A stretch of DNA of 60,492 nucleotides from Trichomonas gallinae. Lineage: Eukaryota. The notes beneath the pieces are model-generated. The model was not told where the DNA came from. It ran no database searches and saw only the letters and a program-made list of their open reading frames with translations. The stretch lies in contig MRSU01007220.1 of the NCBI GenBank assembly GCA_008369845.1, positions 1-60,492 of the forward strand. Direction: 5' to 3'. Position numbers and translations under genes: made by a program. This document shows, one piece after another, positions 9,886 to 21,312 of this stretch. The first letter of the stretch is position 1. The number at the start of each line of letters is the position of its first letter.

Positions 9886-11550
9886 TTATAACTTAACAAT
9901 TAAATAAAATGTAAAACGAAGAACAACAAACAAAATTATTCCGGCTGTTATTTTACCTGCAAGTGGTACATATTTTGTGGTTGCTTCAGCATCAATTGAG
10001 TGTTTTGAAAAATCTTTTTCGAAAATTGAATAATCAAAATGTGGAAGAGTTTCTTCCTCATCAACATCTGATTCTTCATTATCATCTTCATCTATATCAT
10101 GTTTAAATGGTCGCTTTTCTAGAGATTTTGCGATTGATTTTTCATTTTGATTTTGCGGAACTTCAGGTACTGGAGTTGTGATTGGAAGCATATTAGGCTC
10201 GATATAATTCTCTAAAAATGGATGATTAACTCTTGAATTATTCTTGATAATTATATCTGTTCCTTTATCATCGAATATTATGCTCTCTTTATAAATTAAT
10301 TCGCGTGACCCATAGAAATTGGCCTGTGATTGAACATAATTATATGTAAATTTGAAATTTCCACCTTCAGCGAAGAGAATTGTTCCATAGTTATCATAAA
10401 ATAGATTCTTATCAATGTCAGCGAAGCATAAATTAGAATGAATTGAGAAATTTCCAACATTATTTTCTTTTATTTCCGAATTCTTAATCTCAATGTTTGA
10501 ATTATCATTGCAGACTAATATATGCTTTGTTAGCTTATTTCTGTATATAATTGAGTTGTAAATTGAAATAGAAGAACTAACACCTGATATATTGAATAAA
10601 GCAAATCCACTGTTGTCATAAAATATTGAATCAGACACTGAAAGTTTTCCTCGTTTGATTAAGAATGAGTTTAATGTATATCCGAAACTTGAAGCGAAAG
10701 TTGTTTTAACAATTTTAGTTTCAGCACTATCATCATTAGAAATAATAACAGCATCGTAATATTTATTAAATGTGCAGTTATAGATAAGATTTCTAGACTT
10801 TCCATCAAAAGATTTAATTAATCCAAGATGCCTTGGTTCTTCGAATGTGCTATTGATGATTTTAACAATACTATTGTATTTAGAGTCAATTAATGCAGAA
10901 TATTGTGTTGCACATCTTATAAATTCTGTGTTTCTGATTTTGAATTTAGTATTAAAACATGAAATAAATGGAGATTCATACACATTTGTCTGGAAATTAT
11001 GTAAAAATGTAATTTCATTAAATGATATTGTTGATTCGGTGAAGCTGAAGAATGATGTAGATTTTAATCTGTTTTGTAGGAAATTAATTCGATTAAAAAG
11101 AACGGAAGAGTTCTTTGTTGATATGAGTGGATCAATATTAGGTGTTTTAGATGCCTGTATCGTGATGTTTGATAAAATTATTTTATCCGAATTTCGTATT
11201 TTGATAATAGGAATTGCAAAATTTTGAAATTTAATTCTTCCTACGACTATACCTGGAGAATTAGTAAGTGTAATAAGCGATTTAATCAATGGAGAGCCAG
11301 ATCCATCAATAACTGTATTCATTCCGTAAATTTTCGCACCAAATTTAGCAGCCTTCTCTACTATACTGCGAAATCCATCGAGTTGTGTTTTAGATTGAAT
11401 GAGTTTATCCATTATAAAAACTTCGGAATCTGAATCGAGCAGTTTTTCAACTGTTGGATATGTACATGGGTTGTATGGATGACATAAACCTAATTTACTC
11501 GAATGAAACTTGACGAAATATCGAACTGATAAAAGAGAGATAAGCAACAT
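9886..11550 (-). CDS. Type I membrane protein with probable beta-helix (Pmp/pectin-lyase-like) ectodomain
   Basis: Leader MLLISLLS, CHPYNPC motif, many IxNSxFxxN repeats, acidic stalk, C-terminal TM ITAGIILFVVLRFTFYLIV. Confidence 0.8.
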   Translation of the reverse strand: MLLISLLSVRYFVKFHSSKLGLCHPYNPCTYPTVEKLLDSDSEVFIMDKLIQSKTQLDGFRSIVEKAAKFGAKIYGMNTVIDGSGSPLIKSLITLTNSPGIVVGRIKFQNFAIPIIKIRNSDKIILSNITIQASKTPNIDPLISTKNSSVLFNRINFLQNRLKSTSFFSFTESTISFNEITFLHNFQTNVYESPFISCFNTKFKIRNTEFIRCATQYSALIDSKYNSIVKIINSTFEEPRHLGLIKSFDGKSRNLIYNCTFNKYYDAVIISNDDSAETKIVKTTFASSFGYTLNSFLIKRGKLSVSDSIFYDNSGFALFNISGVSSSISIYNSIIYRNKLTKHILVCNDNSNIEIKNSEIKENNVGNFSIHSNLCFADIDKNLFYDNYGTILFAEGGNFKFTYNYVQSQANFYGSRELIYKESIIFDDKGTDIIIKNNSRVNHPFLENYIEPNMLPITTPVPEVPQNQNEKSIAKSLEKRPFKHDIDEDDNEESDVDEEETLPHFDYSIFEKDFSKHSIDAEATTKYVPLAGKITAGIILFVVLRFTFYLIVKL

Positions 11551-11578
11551 AATTTTTTTCTGAAAAATTTGAAAAAAG

Positions 11579-11589
11579 AAAAAAAAAAA
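11579..11589 (-). terminator. Pol III oligo-T terminator of tRNA-Gly
   Basis: Run of 11 T on the minus strand starting 2 nt after the tRNA 3' end. Confidence 0.8.
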
Positions 11590-11591
11590 CA

Positions 11592-11663
11592 TGCGTTACC
11601 CGGGAGTCGAACCCGGCTCAAAGGTTTGGGAAACCCTCATGCTAACCGATACACTAGTAACGC
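11592..11663 (-). tRNA. tRNA-Gly, anticodon CCC
   Basis: Minus strand folds as GCGTTAC/GTAACGC acceptor stem plus discriminator A, D arm GTGT..GCAT, anticodon stem AGGGT/ACCTT with loop TTCCCAA, T arm CCGGG-TTCGACT-CCCGG. Confidence 0.95.
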
Positions 11664-12324
11664 TACCCAATAAAAATGTCCTGGGAGCTCTTGTAAGCAC
11701 GAATTTTCAAATGGAAGGTGCGGAAATTGCATACATTAAATCTATGGATTCAAGCCAAGTTATTTTGATTATATATTATATACTGTGTCTTAATTAATAT
11801 AATTTAATAGCTATACTTATTTTCCTATATTACTTAAATAAGTTAATTCATATTCGATAGATAACCTTTATAAGCATTTGATTCATAATACATATAGGCA
11901 ATATAAGCTATACACAGTCAGTGATCATTAGTTATCATAGATAAATTTTTATCTCGATCAAAAGAAGCGTGTATTCGTTTAGTTCATTTGAAAAATAAAA
12001 ACAATAGAATCTAATCAAAACTAAATATAAGGAATAAACAGCCAAAGTTTATTCAAAAAAAGTTGACATGTAAAATTCACAATAAATCGTCAAAATTTAA
12101 TTTATTTTACAAATTTAAACTTTTTTTTTGCCAATCTGCTTTTTAGAAACGGATGAAAAGAAGTTGAATATTAAGATATTTATATTGTAATTAAATGATA
12201 CAAAAATACTTTAGGCTGAGTTATAGATTTAATATAATTTTAATGAGTTAATTAATACCTTATCGATATAGTTTTAAAATGAAAATGGATACTGTTTTAG
12301 ATTTGTCATCGATAAATATTTTGA

Positions 12325-13389
12325 CAAATAAATTTTGAATTGTCAGAAATTAATTCTAGTTGGCAAATATTTGACATAGCAGGAAGTCTCAGGCACTGCG
12401 ACACAGCGCCACAAAGTGTCTGGGACTTCTACTACAAAACAAAATATCGCGGCAATGACTACAAATTCGACACAAATCCCGCAGTTTCGGCCCAAAATTC
12501 TGAATCTCTCGTTTATTCATGCATTTTCCACGATTTAACATCAGGAAGCATTATATTTGATACTGATGGAATTAAATTCCTCCATTCTTTATGTACTTAT
12601 GATAGATGTTCGAAATCTGACTCTGGCGGTGCAATTTACTTTAAAGGTGATGGCTCCATTATCCAGCATCGTTTTTGCACACGAAATACATACGTCACAA
12701 AGAAAGGAGGCTTCCATTCATACACATATTTAAAATCTGACAGTGATTCACATAATATTGTTGTTGAAAGTTCAATTTCTAACTGTATACAACAAAATAA
12801 TGAAAGAACAATTGAATGTTTTTACGGAAATATTGGAATTTATTCAGCAAATATTTCTAAGAATACAGCATCATCATTTTCAGTAGCTATACTTGAATAT
12901 GCGAAATATAATGCAATAATAAACTTTTCCACATTCGAAGGAAACAAAGCAGCAGTTTTATTCATTTGTTTAGGCCATTACCACTCAACATATCACGACT
13001 ACAAATGTAATTTTGTTGGAAACGAACAGACATCTACTAGTTATGGAGGTATCTACATAGTTGGAACTCTCACAGTCGAAAATTGTACAATTCTTGGACC
13101 TTATGGAAATGGTGCGGTTTTTGCTGCTGACTCTGCTTATTCTAAATTTATTATTCTAGACTGCAATATTGACAAATTCACTACATATGGAAAATCTTTC
13201 TCAGCACGAGGACTCAAGACTACAAGTGTTCGCAATTCTCTTTCTCACTTGTCTACATTTGAGTGCGATGCGGTGAATCCATTAGAAAATGATAAGTTTA
13301 TTCATTATAGACAAAATATTAAATCAATCAACATTGGTCAGCCATATCTAACGTCGATGTTTGAATGTGTAAATGCATCACCAGATTAA
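12325..13389 (+). CDS. Cys/Ser/Asn-rich beta-helix-like family member A; intact frame with no N-terminal ATG
   Basis: Frame is open from the TGA at 12322 to TAA 13389. Family motifs VWDFYY, GGAIY, QHRFC, ESSISNC, SHLSTFECDA. The only Met is 10 codons from the end. Confidence 0.65.
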   Translation, partial: QINFELSEINSSWQIFDIAGSLRHCDTAPQSVWDFYYKTKYRGNDYKFDTNPAVSAQNSESLVYSCIFHDLTSGSIIFDTDGIKFLHSLCTYDRCSKSDSGGAIYFKGDGSIIQHRFCTRNTYVTKKGGFHSYTYLKSDSDSHNIVVESSISNCIQQNNERTIECFYGNIGIYSANISKNTASSFSVAILEYAKYNAIINFSTFEGNKAAVLFICLGHYHSTYHDYKCNFVGNEQTSTSYGGIYIVGTLTVENCTILGPYGNGAVFAADSAYSKFIILDCNIDKFTTYGKSFSARGLKTTSVRNSLSHLSTFECDAVNPLENDKFIHYRQNIKSINIGQPYLTSMFECVNASPD

Positions 13390-13769
13390 ATATGCAAAAT
13401 TTTGCTATTAAATGCGTTCCTTTATCTAATGAACTTAAAAACTTTGCCATGTAATTTAAATTTTTGACAAGTAATGAATAATCAAAAAAAATCACCGGAT
13501 CAAATTTAGACAATTATGATAATGAATAATAATAAAACATCGAAATTATAATACTAATGTATTTAACCCATGTCCATATTCCTAAATAATTTTTTTTGAA
13601 TATTGAAAAACACAAAATTTTGGAGTAAAAATGTGATAAAATGTTTAGTTAGTGCATAAATATGTATTATTTAGGTATAAAAAGGCCAAATCTTATGGTC
13701 AGTTTTATCGTCAAAAAAAATCAAAAATGTGACACTCGGTGAAAAAATTTTGACATTCATTTTTTTAAA

Positions 13770-14366
13770 ATGAAGCGTTTCTTCGGTAAGAAAAAGGAGG
13801 CCCCAGTCCAGCAGATTGATCTTGACGAGACATCCAATCAGCTCGGCCGTAAGAGCGAAGACCTCGATAAGCAGATTAACGACTTAAATAAAAAGATTCA
13901 AGAACTCGGCAGACAAATGAAAATGCCACAGAATAAATCACGTGTACCAATGCTCCGCAAGAAGGCTACGGATTTGTTAAGACGCCGTAAGCAGCTTGAA
14001 GCGATGCAGAGTCGCATTGATGGACAGCGCTTCAACATCGACAATGTTCAAATGCAAACACAATCTATGAAAATCACTGTTGATACATTCCAAGCTATGA
14101 AGCAATCCAACGAAGCTATGAAGAAGCAGATGAAAGCATTGGGTACAGTTGAAGATGTTGACGAGCTCCAGCTTGATATGGAGGACATGATGGCTGAATC
14201 CAACGAAATGCAGGACATCCTCGCTCAGAGCATCGGCAACGACGTCGATGAAGGCGAGCTCATGGACGAACTCAACGCTCTTGAGGCTGATGATCTTGGT
14301 GATGCTGATATGGACTTGGAAGGCCTCGAGGATGATGGAAAGACACCAGTTAAGGAGCAATGGTAA
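13770..14366 (+). CDS. VPS60: ESCRT-III Snf7-family protein (Vps60/CHMP5-like)
   Basis: MKRFFGKKK start, coiled coil, LLRRRKQLE, VDELQLDMEDMMAESNEMQDIL, DVDEGELMDELNALE. TCATT Inr at 13757; TAAA stop. Confidence 0.85.
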   Translation: MKRFFGKKKEAPVQQIDLDETSNQLGRKSEDLDKQINDLNKKIQELGRQMKMPQNKSRVPMLRKKATDLLRRRKQLEAMQSRIDGQRFNIDNVQMQTQSMKITVDTFQAMKQSNEAMKKQMKALGTVEDVDELQLDMEDMMAESNEMQDILAQSIGNDVDEGELMDELNALEADDLGDADMDLEGLEDDGKTPVKEQW

Positions 14367-14654
14367 AAGTTTTGTTAATTTGAAATCCAATGATTTTTTT
14401 AATAACACTACAACAGCATGCCTTTGTAAATAGTACAATGATATTTAATTATACATCAATTCTTTGAAAAATATATTATCAAAATATGAAAAATTTAAAA
14501 ATAGCTTAAAACATAATGTATATGATGTAACAATTCATTCTAAGCTGATTTTTCGTCTTAAATTAGATGAAATTATAGAAAAAAAATTATATCAAATATA
14601 GTTTTGCAAAACTAATGATTATTATATAATTAAAATATATATTTATGATACAAA

Positions 14655-15058
14655 ATATATAATGAAGATATACAAAATGGCTATAACCGATAGTGACAAT
14701 ACAGGATTTTTTATTGAAAATATTTCATTTAATAAAAATCAATTTATAGACTGCATGTATGTGAAAAAGGTTTATATTGAAATTTCTTAATATGATGAGG
14801 ATATGCAAAATGGTTATAATAGATAATATTTATTATTAGATAAAATATCAATTTTTTAGACAGAATATATATGAGGAAATATTATATTGAAATTTCTCAA
14901 TATGATGAAGATATACCAAATGTTATAATGAGTAATATTTATTAGTTTTAAAATTATTGTTAATTCGGATGTTGCAACTTTAAGAAATAATAGATTTCAT
15001 TCAATGAAAATCAATTTTTAGACCGAATATATCTGAAAAAGGTTTATGTTGAAATTTC
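14655..15058. repeat. Degenerate ~110-bp tandem repeat (3-4 partial copies)
   Basis: Blocks TTATATTGAAATTTC (14772, 14882, 15044 variant), ATGAAGATATACAAAATGG-like (14662, 14795, 14905) and TCAATTTTTAGAC-like (14739, 14848, 15011). Confidence 0.75.
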
Positions 15059-15204
15059 GCAATAATCACTGCCTTTTCGGTATTTTTTTGAAGAATAGTG
15101 GATTCCTGATGTCACATATGCCTGATTTAATGATTTCGAGCGATTTTGGTGTTGATTATTTTATTTACTCAGTTTTTTATTTTTTTACAAAAAAAAAAAT
15201 AAGA

Positions 15205-16773
15205 ATGAATATATCACCAGATGCTTTGCGCGTGGAATTATATCGTCGACGCGACGAGTTTGGGTCGCTCCCCAAAACCGGGAAAAGCTACGATGTAGCA
15301 CTCCTCGAAACAACATGGTTTAAATCATTGGTATCATTCATACATCATTCGAATGTACCATTACCAGGACCAATAACAAACTACCAATTACTCAATGGTA
15401 ATGCGTTAATGCCTAAGTTAGTATACAAAAAAGATTTTTATGCAGTTCCTGTGGAAACATTTCGTTTTCTATTTTCGATTTTTAAAGGGGGTCCGGAGAT
15501 TCTTCGAAAATGCTCAATACACCCACGTACTTTAGATAGTTGCATAATTTTAGAACCTTTAGTTCTTAAAATACAGCCTGAAAATCACGAACTTGTGTCA
15601 AAGACAGTCGATCCTGATTGGATTTTTGGTGATTTAAAGCCTCATCTATGCAAAAGTCTACGAGTTGATCCAAATGATTACGTTTTTGCAAATAAACTTC
15701 GCGAAAAAATAAATGAAAATGAACACATCGGAGAATACGTAAGAAACCACGGTAATCTAGTAAGATTTACGAAGCATTTAAGAAATGCGCATTCTTCGTT
15801 ACTTGCTACTTTACCTTTGAATTTCAAGAAGAAGACAAATCAGAACTTAACTTATGTATGCTCGACATTACCAACACAGACATTTACTCCTATGCCGATC
15901 GGATTATTAAATCTTGGTAATACTTGCTTTCTTAATTCAGCAATTCAGTGCATTGCTCATCTTAAGCCATTATATGACTATATTCTTTCTCCAAATTTCG
16001 ATAATGCTTTAAATTTTAATGAAGAAAAAAAGAAAGTAAACGGAGGCATCGCAACACAGTTCAAAAACTTACTAAATATGATGGCTAAAGAAGATACACC
16101 TGTCAATCCTAGAGAATTAAGAAATGTAATTATTTCAAAACATAAATCTCTCGCAAATTTCGCCGAACACGATGCACAAGAGGCATTAAGTGCTATACTA
16201 AACGGAATACACGAAGATATCGCTATTGAAAACAAATCAATTATCTCAGATTTATTTTACGGTCAAACAAAGACAGTCATTAAATGTACTAAGTGCGAGT
16301 ACTTCGAGGAGCTCAAAGAAGACTTCATGATCCTCCCACTTCCATTACAGGGCAATTCTTTAGATGATATTTTCGATGCTTATTGCAAACCGGAAAAACT
16401 CGACGAAGAAAACATGTGGTTTTGCAGCCATTGTCAGACCAGAGTCGAGGCAATCAGACAGACTATGATCGAAAAGCTTCCGCCAGTTTTAATCATTCAA
16501 CTTTCAAGATTTGATAATTATGAAAGGAAAAATAACAAAATTATTCAATATCCATCGCATTTGGATCTCTCTAGACTATTTAGAGGTGCTTCGCCAATGC
16601 ATCTCGTCTCTTCTATCTTTCATGATGGCACTTTAGACTATGGCCATTATATCTCAGTGACCCTCGACCAGGAACAGAACAAATGGTATTTATTTAACGA
16701 TATGAAGGCATCTCCAGCCAGGCCAGGTGATGCTATTGGGTCGAATGCTTATATTTTAATATATCAGATATAG
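15205..16773 (+). CDS. Ubiquitin-specific protease (family C19) with N-terminal DUSP domain
   Basis: DUSP-like PGPITNYQLL...GGPEI; Cys box GLLNLGNTCFLNSAIQC; EHDAQE; two CxxC pairs; His box HDGTLDYGHY; WYLFND. Start placed at ATG 15205. Confidence 0.92.
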   Translation: MNISPDALRVELYRRRDEFGSLPKTGKSYDVALLETTWFKSLVSFIHHSNVPLPGPITNYQLLNGNALMPKLVYKKDFYAVPVETFRFLFSIFKGGPEILRKCSIHPRTLDSCIILEPLVLKIQPENHELVSKTVDPDWIFGDLKPHLCKSLRVDPNDYVFANKLREKINENEHIGEYVRNHGNLVRFTKHLRNAHSSLLATLPLNFKKKTNQNLTYVCSTLPTQTFTPMPIGLLNLGNTCFLNSAIQCIAHLKPLYDYILSPNFDNALNFNEEKKKVNGGIATQFKNLLNMMAKEDTPVNPRELRNVIISKHKSLANFAEHDAQEALSAILNGIHEDIAIENKSIISDLFYGQTKTVIKCTKCEYFEELKEDFMILPLPLQGNSLDDIFDAYCKPEKLDEENMWFCSHCQTRVEAIRQTMIEKLPPVLIIQLSRFDNYERKNNKIIQYPSHLDLSRLFRGASPMHLVSSIFHDGTLDYGHYISVTLDQEQNKWYLFNDMKASPARPGDAIGSNAYILIYQI

Positions 16774-17303
16774 AATTTATTGTTTGATTTCTTTATTTTT
16801 TGTTTGTTGTAATAAATATTATGTTACTATGTTGAATTTATAATTGTTTTTGCAAAATGATCGAAAACAACATTTGTCATGTAAATTTTTATTTGTCAGA
16901 AATAATTTGTTTGAAAATTATTTTTGGAAAATAAAACCTAATAACAGTCTTTGTTAATTTATATTATAATAAATTATCAAAATTTCTATAAATATTATGA
17001 ACTAAAATTTAAAAATATACTAAATATAATGAAATATCATTAAAATATTTTGATATATTAAAGAATCATGATGCGAGTGATGAAAATTAAATAATGTTGA
17101 TTATATATATGAATATTATTATGATAAATAGATATGATATGCATAATATTATTCATCAAAATTTGATAAAAATTATTTTTGGATATTTTCTAAATATTTA
17201 GATATAAAAACGTGAGTGTTGTTTAAAATTCGAAGTGAAATCTTTAGATGAAAAGATTTACAATAAGGTTAATATAAAAAGGTGACATAGGACCAACAAA
17301 TTG

Positions 17304-19481
17304 ATGAATCGTCGTTATGTTTTACCTAGCCAAGGAATGGCTCCCGCCCAACAACCGGCTGCTGTTGCTGTCCAGCCAGTCGGCGGTCAGCCAGTTCAGA
17401 TGATGAGCGTCAACCCTACAGCCACTACTACTCAATTCAAAAATTGCACACCATGGCAGTCACAATATATCACAAATCCTAAGCCATCTGGCGCTGGTGA
17501 TGTTTTTCCATCATATTTCAGACCAGTTGTCTCGGTTCTTCCAGCAAATCAGACAATCGCTGATAATGCAGGAGTTCCGATTGGCTTAGTTGTTTTCCCA
17601 TCTCAAGTCGCTGACGTTCCAGTACTCAATTACGTGCAGTCCGGAGTACCTCGCTGCTCTAAGTGTGCTTCTTATTTATCTCCATATACACCAACATTCG
17701 CAGATGCAAAGTCTTATGGATGCCCAATGTGCGGAAATAAAAACCAGCTGTCTGACCAACTCGTGTCTGTGCCAATTCAGTCACGCCCTGAACTTGCAAA
17801 TCCAGTTTACGATATTATCGCGCCAAGACAGTATATTGCAATGCCATATATCATCTCAGCGTTTTGCATTATAGTCGATGTTTCAGCGCCAGCTGTCCAA
17901 TCTGGCTTTACAGCACAATTTTTAACAAGCGTTTTGGCATCTGTTGAACAGCTCGATGATAATGTCAGAATTGCGCTTATGACAACATCAAACAGAGTTA
18001 CAGTCTTTGATTTTAGACATGAGTCGGAATTTATTGTTGGCGATCTTTCAGATGTCGCTGTTCAGTTCCCATATGTTTCGCTTCTCGGCGAGTGCCGCGA
18101 GCAGTTCACACAGGTCGTTAATATGCTTATCGAACGCCCACCAGAAAGTGATGGAAATTGCTACGGATCTGCCCTCGAGTGCTGCGTTAGGTGCATGAGC
18201 CCACTCGGTGGTGTAGTTGTCGCTGGTATATTCGGCAGACCATCATATGGCCCTCGTCTCGTTCCAGCAAGACAAATTTCAAACCAGACAACAGAAATCG
18301 ATCTTCTTCGCATTCCACAGACCGAAAACTGCAAATTCTACAGAGATATTGCATTCCAACTCAACAGAAATAGTATTTCTATCAATCTTTTCCTCGTTTC
18401 AGAACAACCAGCAGATGCTTCTGTTATTGGTGTCCCATGCGGTCTTACCGGTGGCTCTTTAAGATATTACGGAAAATTTGTGCCAGATATCGCATTCCAG
18501 ATGCACAACGACATTTTCAACACATTCACACAAGATTACTACTACAACTGCAGCATTCGTCTCAGAGCAACAGAAGGAATCAAGATGGTTCGTCCACAAG
18601 GTACATTCGTTATCCAGAATCATGATCTTATTTCATTCCCAATTCTTAACCCACATGCTTCAATTGGTTTCGAATTACAGATTGAGAACCCACTCACAAA
18701 GCAAAGCGCTTTATTCCAGCTCGCTATGCTTTGGACAAAGAAAGATCAGACAAGAATGATCAGAATCTTCACATTTGAGATCAAAGTTTCGCAAGATATC
18801 AATCTCATTCGCAGCTCCATCGATGAAACAGCCCTCCTTGGCTTCTTAATGAAGAAGGCTGTCATTGATACAATCACATCTGGACCAATTACAGCCGTTT
18901 CCAATTTCAAGAAGGAATGCAACAAGATAAACGGAAAAGGCATCCAGCTCGAATACTTCAACTACGCTGCACACGCCTTAACTCTCTCTCCACTCCTTAC
19001 AGCACGCCATCCTCTCGGCGTCGACGGCCGCATTTCTACAATCATCGAATACCGTGGCATGAACATCATCGACTTGATGCTCAAGATCTACCCGAGAATG
19101 TTCGCCATCGATACACGCAGCCAAGCACTTTCTTTGTCAGGAAAGAGCTTCGCTGCTGGTGCTGTTTTCTTAGTCCACATGCTCCAGAAAATTATCATTT
19201 GGGTTTCTAATGGAGCCAGCGCTGATTTCCTCCGCGATGTTTTCGGTGTCAATCCAGGCGAGCCATTACCACAAACACTCCCAGAATTGCAGACAGAGAG
19301 CTCTCAGTACGTCCAGAACCTCATCCAGGAGTCAATGACAATTTCTCAGAGATATTTGCCAGTGGAAATCATCCCGCAGGGCGACCCACGCGAGCAAATC
19401 TTCGGATCCATCCTCGTCGATGATGCAACAGATACACACAGCGGAATTGACAACTGGCTCAATGAGATAAGAACTGCATAA
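17304..19481 (+). CDS. SEC24: COPII Sec24 (Sec23/24 family)
   Basis: Zn finger RCSKCASYLSPY...CPMC, trunk IIVDVS, RLRATEG, beta-sandwich FQLAMLWT...RMIRIFT, IYPRMF. Confidence 0.9.
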   Translation: MNRRYVLPSQGMAPAQQPAAVAVQPVGGQPVQMMSVNPTATTTQFKNCTPWQSQYITNPKPSGAGDVFPSYFRPVVSVLPANQTIADNAGVPIGLVVFPSQVADVPVLNYVQSGVPRCSKCASYLSPYTPTFADAKSYGCPMCGNKNQLSDQLVSVPIQSRPELANPVYDIIAPRQYIAMPYIISAFCIIVDVSAPAVQSGFTAQFLTSVLASVEQLDDNVRIALMTTSNRVTVFDFRHESEFIVGDLSDVAVQFPYVSLLGECREQFTQVVNMLIERPPESDGNCYGSALECCVRCMSPLGGVVVAGIFGRPSYGPRLVPARQISNQTTEIDLLRIPQTENCKFYRDIAFQLNRNSISINLFLVSEQPADASVIGVPCGLTGGSLRYYGKFVPDIAFQMHNDIFNTFTQDYYYNCSIRLRATEGIKMVRPQGTFVIQNHDLISFPILNPHASIGFELQIENPLTKQSALFQLAMLWTKKDQTRMIRIFTFEIKVSQDINLIRSSIDETALLGFLMKKAVIDTITSGPITAVSNFKKECNKINGKGIQLEYFNYAAHALTLSPLLTARHPLGVDGRISTIIEYRGMNIIDLMLKIYPRMFAIDTRSQALSLSGKSFAAGAVFLVHMLQKIIIWVSNGASADFLRDVFGVNPGEPLPQTLPELQTESSQYVQNLIQESMTISQRYLPVEIIPQGDPREQIFGSILVDDATDTHSGIDNWLNEIRTA

Positions 19482-20153
19482 TTTAATTAATTTATATTGT
19501 AATAACTTTTTTTTATTTTATATAAAATCGAACTATTTAATTCATTCTTTATTGCCGAAATTCTCTTACAAACAATTATCATCTAAAATTATTTGAAAAA
19601 TTTGATATTTTTCATTATTTTCTCTCAATCCACTTAAATAAGATATACATTTAGACAAAAGGTTAATTTATGTTCATAATTGTTTAGTTTGATGCCTTGA
19701 ACAACTTTATTAAAAGAATTTTTGTTATTTCGATAAGTCAACAAGTTTAACTTTTGAAATTCATATAATAGCATCTTTAACTGCTAGTGAAATTATGGTG
19801 CAAATTTTAACATCTTATGACAATCATATGCAGACATTTGAAAATGAATTTCATTTTTCTCTGTGAAATCGTTGAGTTAGACGCAATGTTTATTGGCAAA
19901 AAAGAAGCTATGCACCATATGAAATAGTATAGAAATGAAAAATGATGAGAGAAAAATTTTGAAGCGTGAGAACATGTATATTAGTATATATGTAGTGTTT
20001 ATTTTCTAAATCCAAAATATTTTTGCCCAAAAACAAGGAATTTCATCATGGTCGAATTAAATTCTTATCAAAGCTCAATAAAAACGTAAAATTTGTGCAT
20101 AATATTATATATCAATATGATATTTAAAGCCAAAAAAGGAAAATAAATTTAGC

Positions 20154-20163
20154 TGTTCTTTTT
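20154..20163 (+). promoter_or_regulatory. Pyrimidine-rich TGTTCTTTTT element (M5-like) before a ribosomal protein ATG
   Basis: The same TGTTCTTTTT precedes RPS13 on the minus strand. It resembles the CCTTT M5 initiator described for T. vaginalis ribosomal protein genes. Confidence 0.45.
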
Positions 20164-20165
20164 CT

Positions 20166-20492
20166 ATGAAGTACATTGCCGCTTATCTTCTTGCACGTGC
20201 TGGTGGCGACGCCGCACCAACTGCTGCCAAGGTTAGAGCTATCCTTGAGTCTATCGGTGCCTCCATCGATGAACAGAGGCTCAATGAAGTTGTTAACAAA
20301 ATGAATGGCAAGAATATCGAAGATTTAATCGAGGAAGGCTCCAAGAAGATGATCTCTGTTGGCGCTGTTATGGGTGGTGCTACTCCTGCCGCTGCTGGCG
20401 CCGCTGCACCGGCTGATGAAAAGCCAAAGGAGGAAGAGAAGGAAGAGGAGGCTGCTGCTCCATTAGATCTTGGCGACATGTTCGATTTCTAA
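20166..20492 (+). CDS. RPLP2: 60S acidic ribosomal protein P2
   Basis: MKYIAAYLLA, ILESIG, GKNIEDLIEEG, Ala-rich hinge, acidic C-terminus. Confidence 0.96.
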   Translation: MKYIAAYLLARAGGDAAPTAAKVRAILESIGASIDEQRLNEVVNKMNGKNIEDLIEEGSKKMISVGAVMGGATPAAAGAAAPADEKPKEEEKEEEAAAPLDLGDMFDF

Positions 20493-21312
20493 ATAAATTG
20501 AACACAAAAATACATACATTTCTTTTTAATCTTGAAACAAATAATTATCACATTCGAATTCAATGAAAATTACATATGATACACAAAGCAAAACCTATTT
20601 CTTAGGTTTATAATCTGTTATTTTATTCATATTTCAATTATTTTTTTTTATCATATTGAAATCAACATATATCCGATATAAACACTGGTTATAGTGCAAA
20701 TAAATCAAAATCAATGCTAGATAAATATAGAAATATTATCATTAATAATGAGTTTACATTCGCATATTGTATGATCTATCCGTAACAAATATGAAGATTT
20801 CTATAGCAAATCCATAATTTGCTAGAAATATCATGAACTATTTCTTGTCTATAAAACAAACTCGTTTGACCTTGTTTTTCTCAGAAAATAAACAATTTCA
20901 GAGCCTGAATACTATATAAGTGTTATCTACACATAATACTCTATCGATCTAGCGTCTTTTCATTTTGCAGAGTCCCTTTTTAAAAGGTGGGCTAATTTTT
21001 TTCAATATTTCGAACTTGGATACATTATTTGACGTTTATTAGGATATCAAGTAGTTAACACCGAACCAAATACTATGTTATATAAACTATAGTATATACT
21101 CTACATATATATAATAGTTATATGATTGCGACTAATTTATATACAGAGAAATATTACAAAATAATGATCCAAAAAAAAATATATCATTAAGATGCCATAT
21201 GTCATGTTATAGTCTGCTATAAACTATTATATGGGTAAAATAACTATTTGGTGATTTTTAAACTAGTCAAATAAATAAAATTTGCCAACATAATAAAAAA
21301 ATTGACATCAAA

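Noticed and set aside
11591..11797. 68-aa ORF MRYPGVEPGSKVWETLML
   Set aside because: It is the antisense reading of the tRNA-Gly gene.
12279..12338. Short upstream ATG ORF (MKMDTVLDL...) as a first exon or frameshifted start of member A; a similar out-of-frame ATG lies near 47625 for member C
   Set aside because: Different frame, no GT..CTAAC..AG intron, and no resemblance to a leader. A single-base error or frameshift cannot be excluded without reads.
13977..14438. 153-aa antisense ORF over Snf7 (also those over RPLP2, the Furry-like gene and the RhoGEF gene)
   Set aside because: Expected from codon bias that avoids antisense stops; no independent coding signal.
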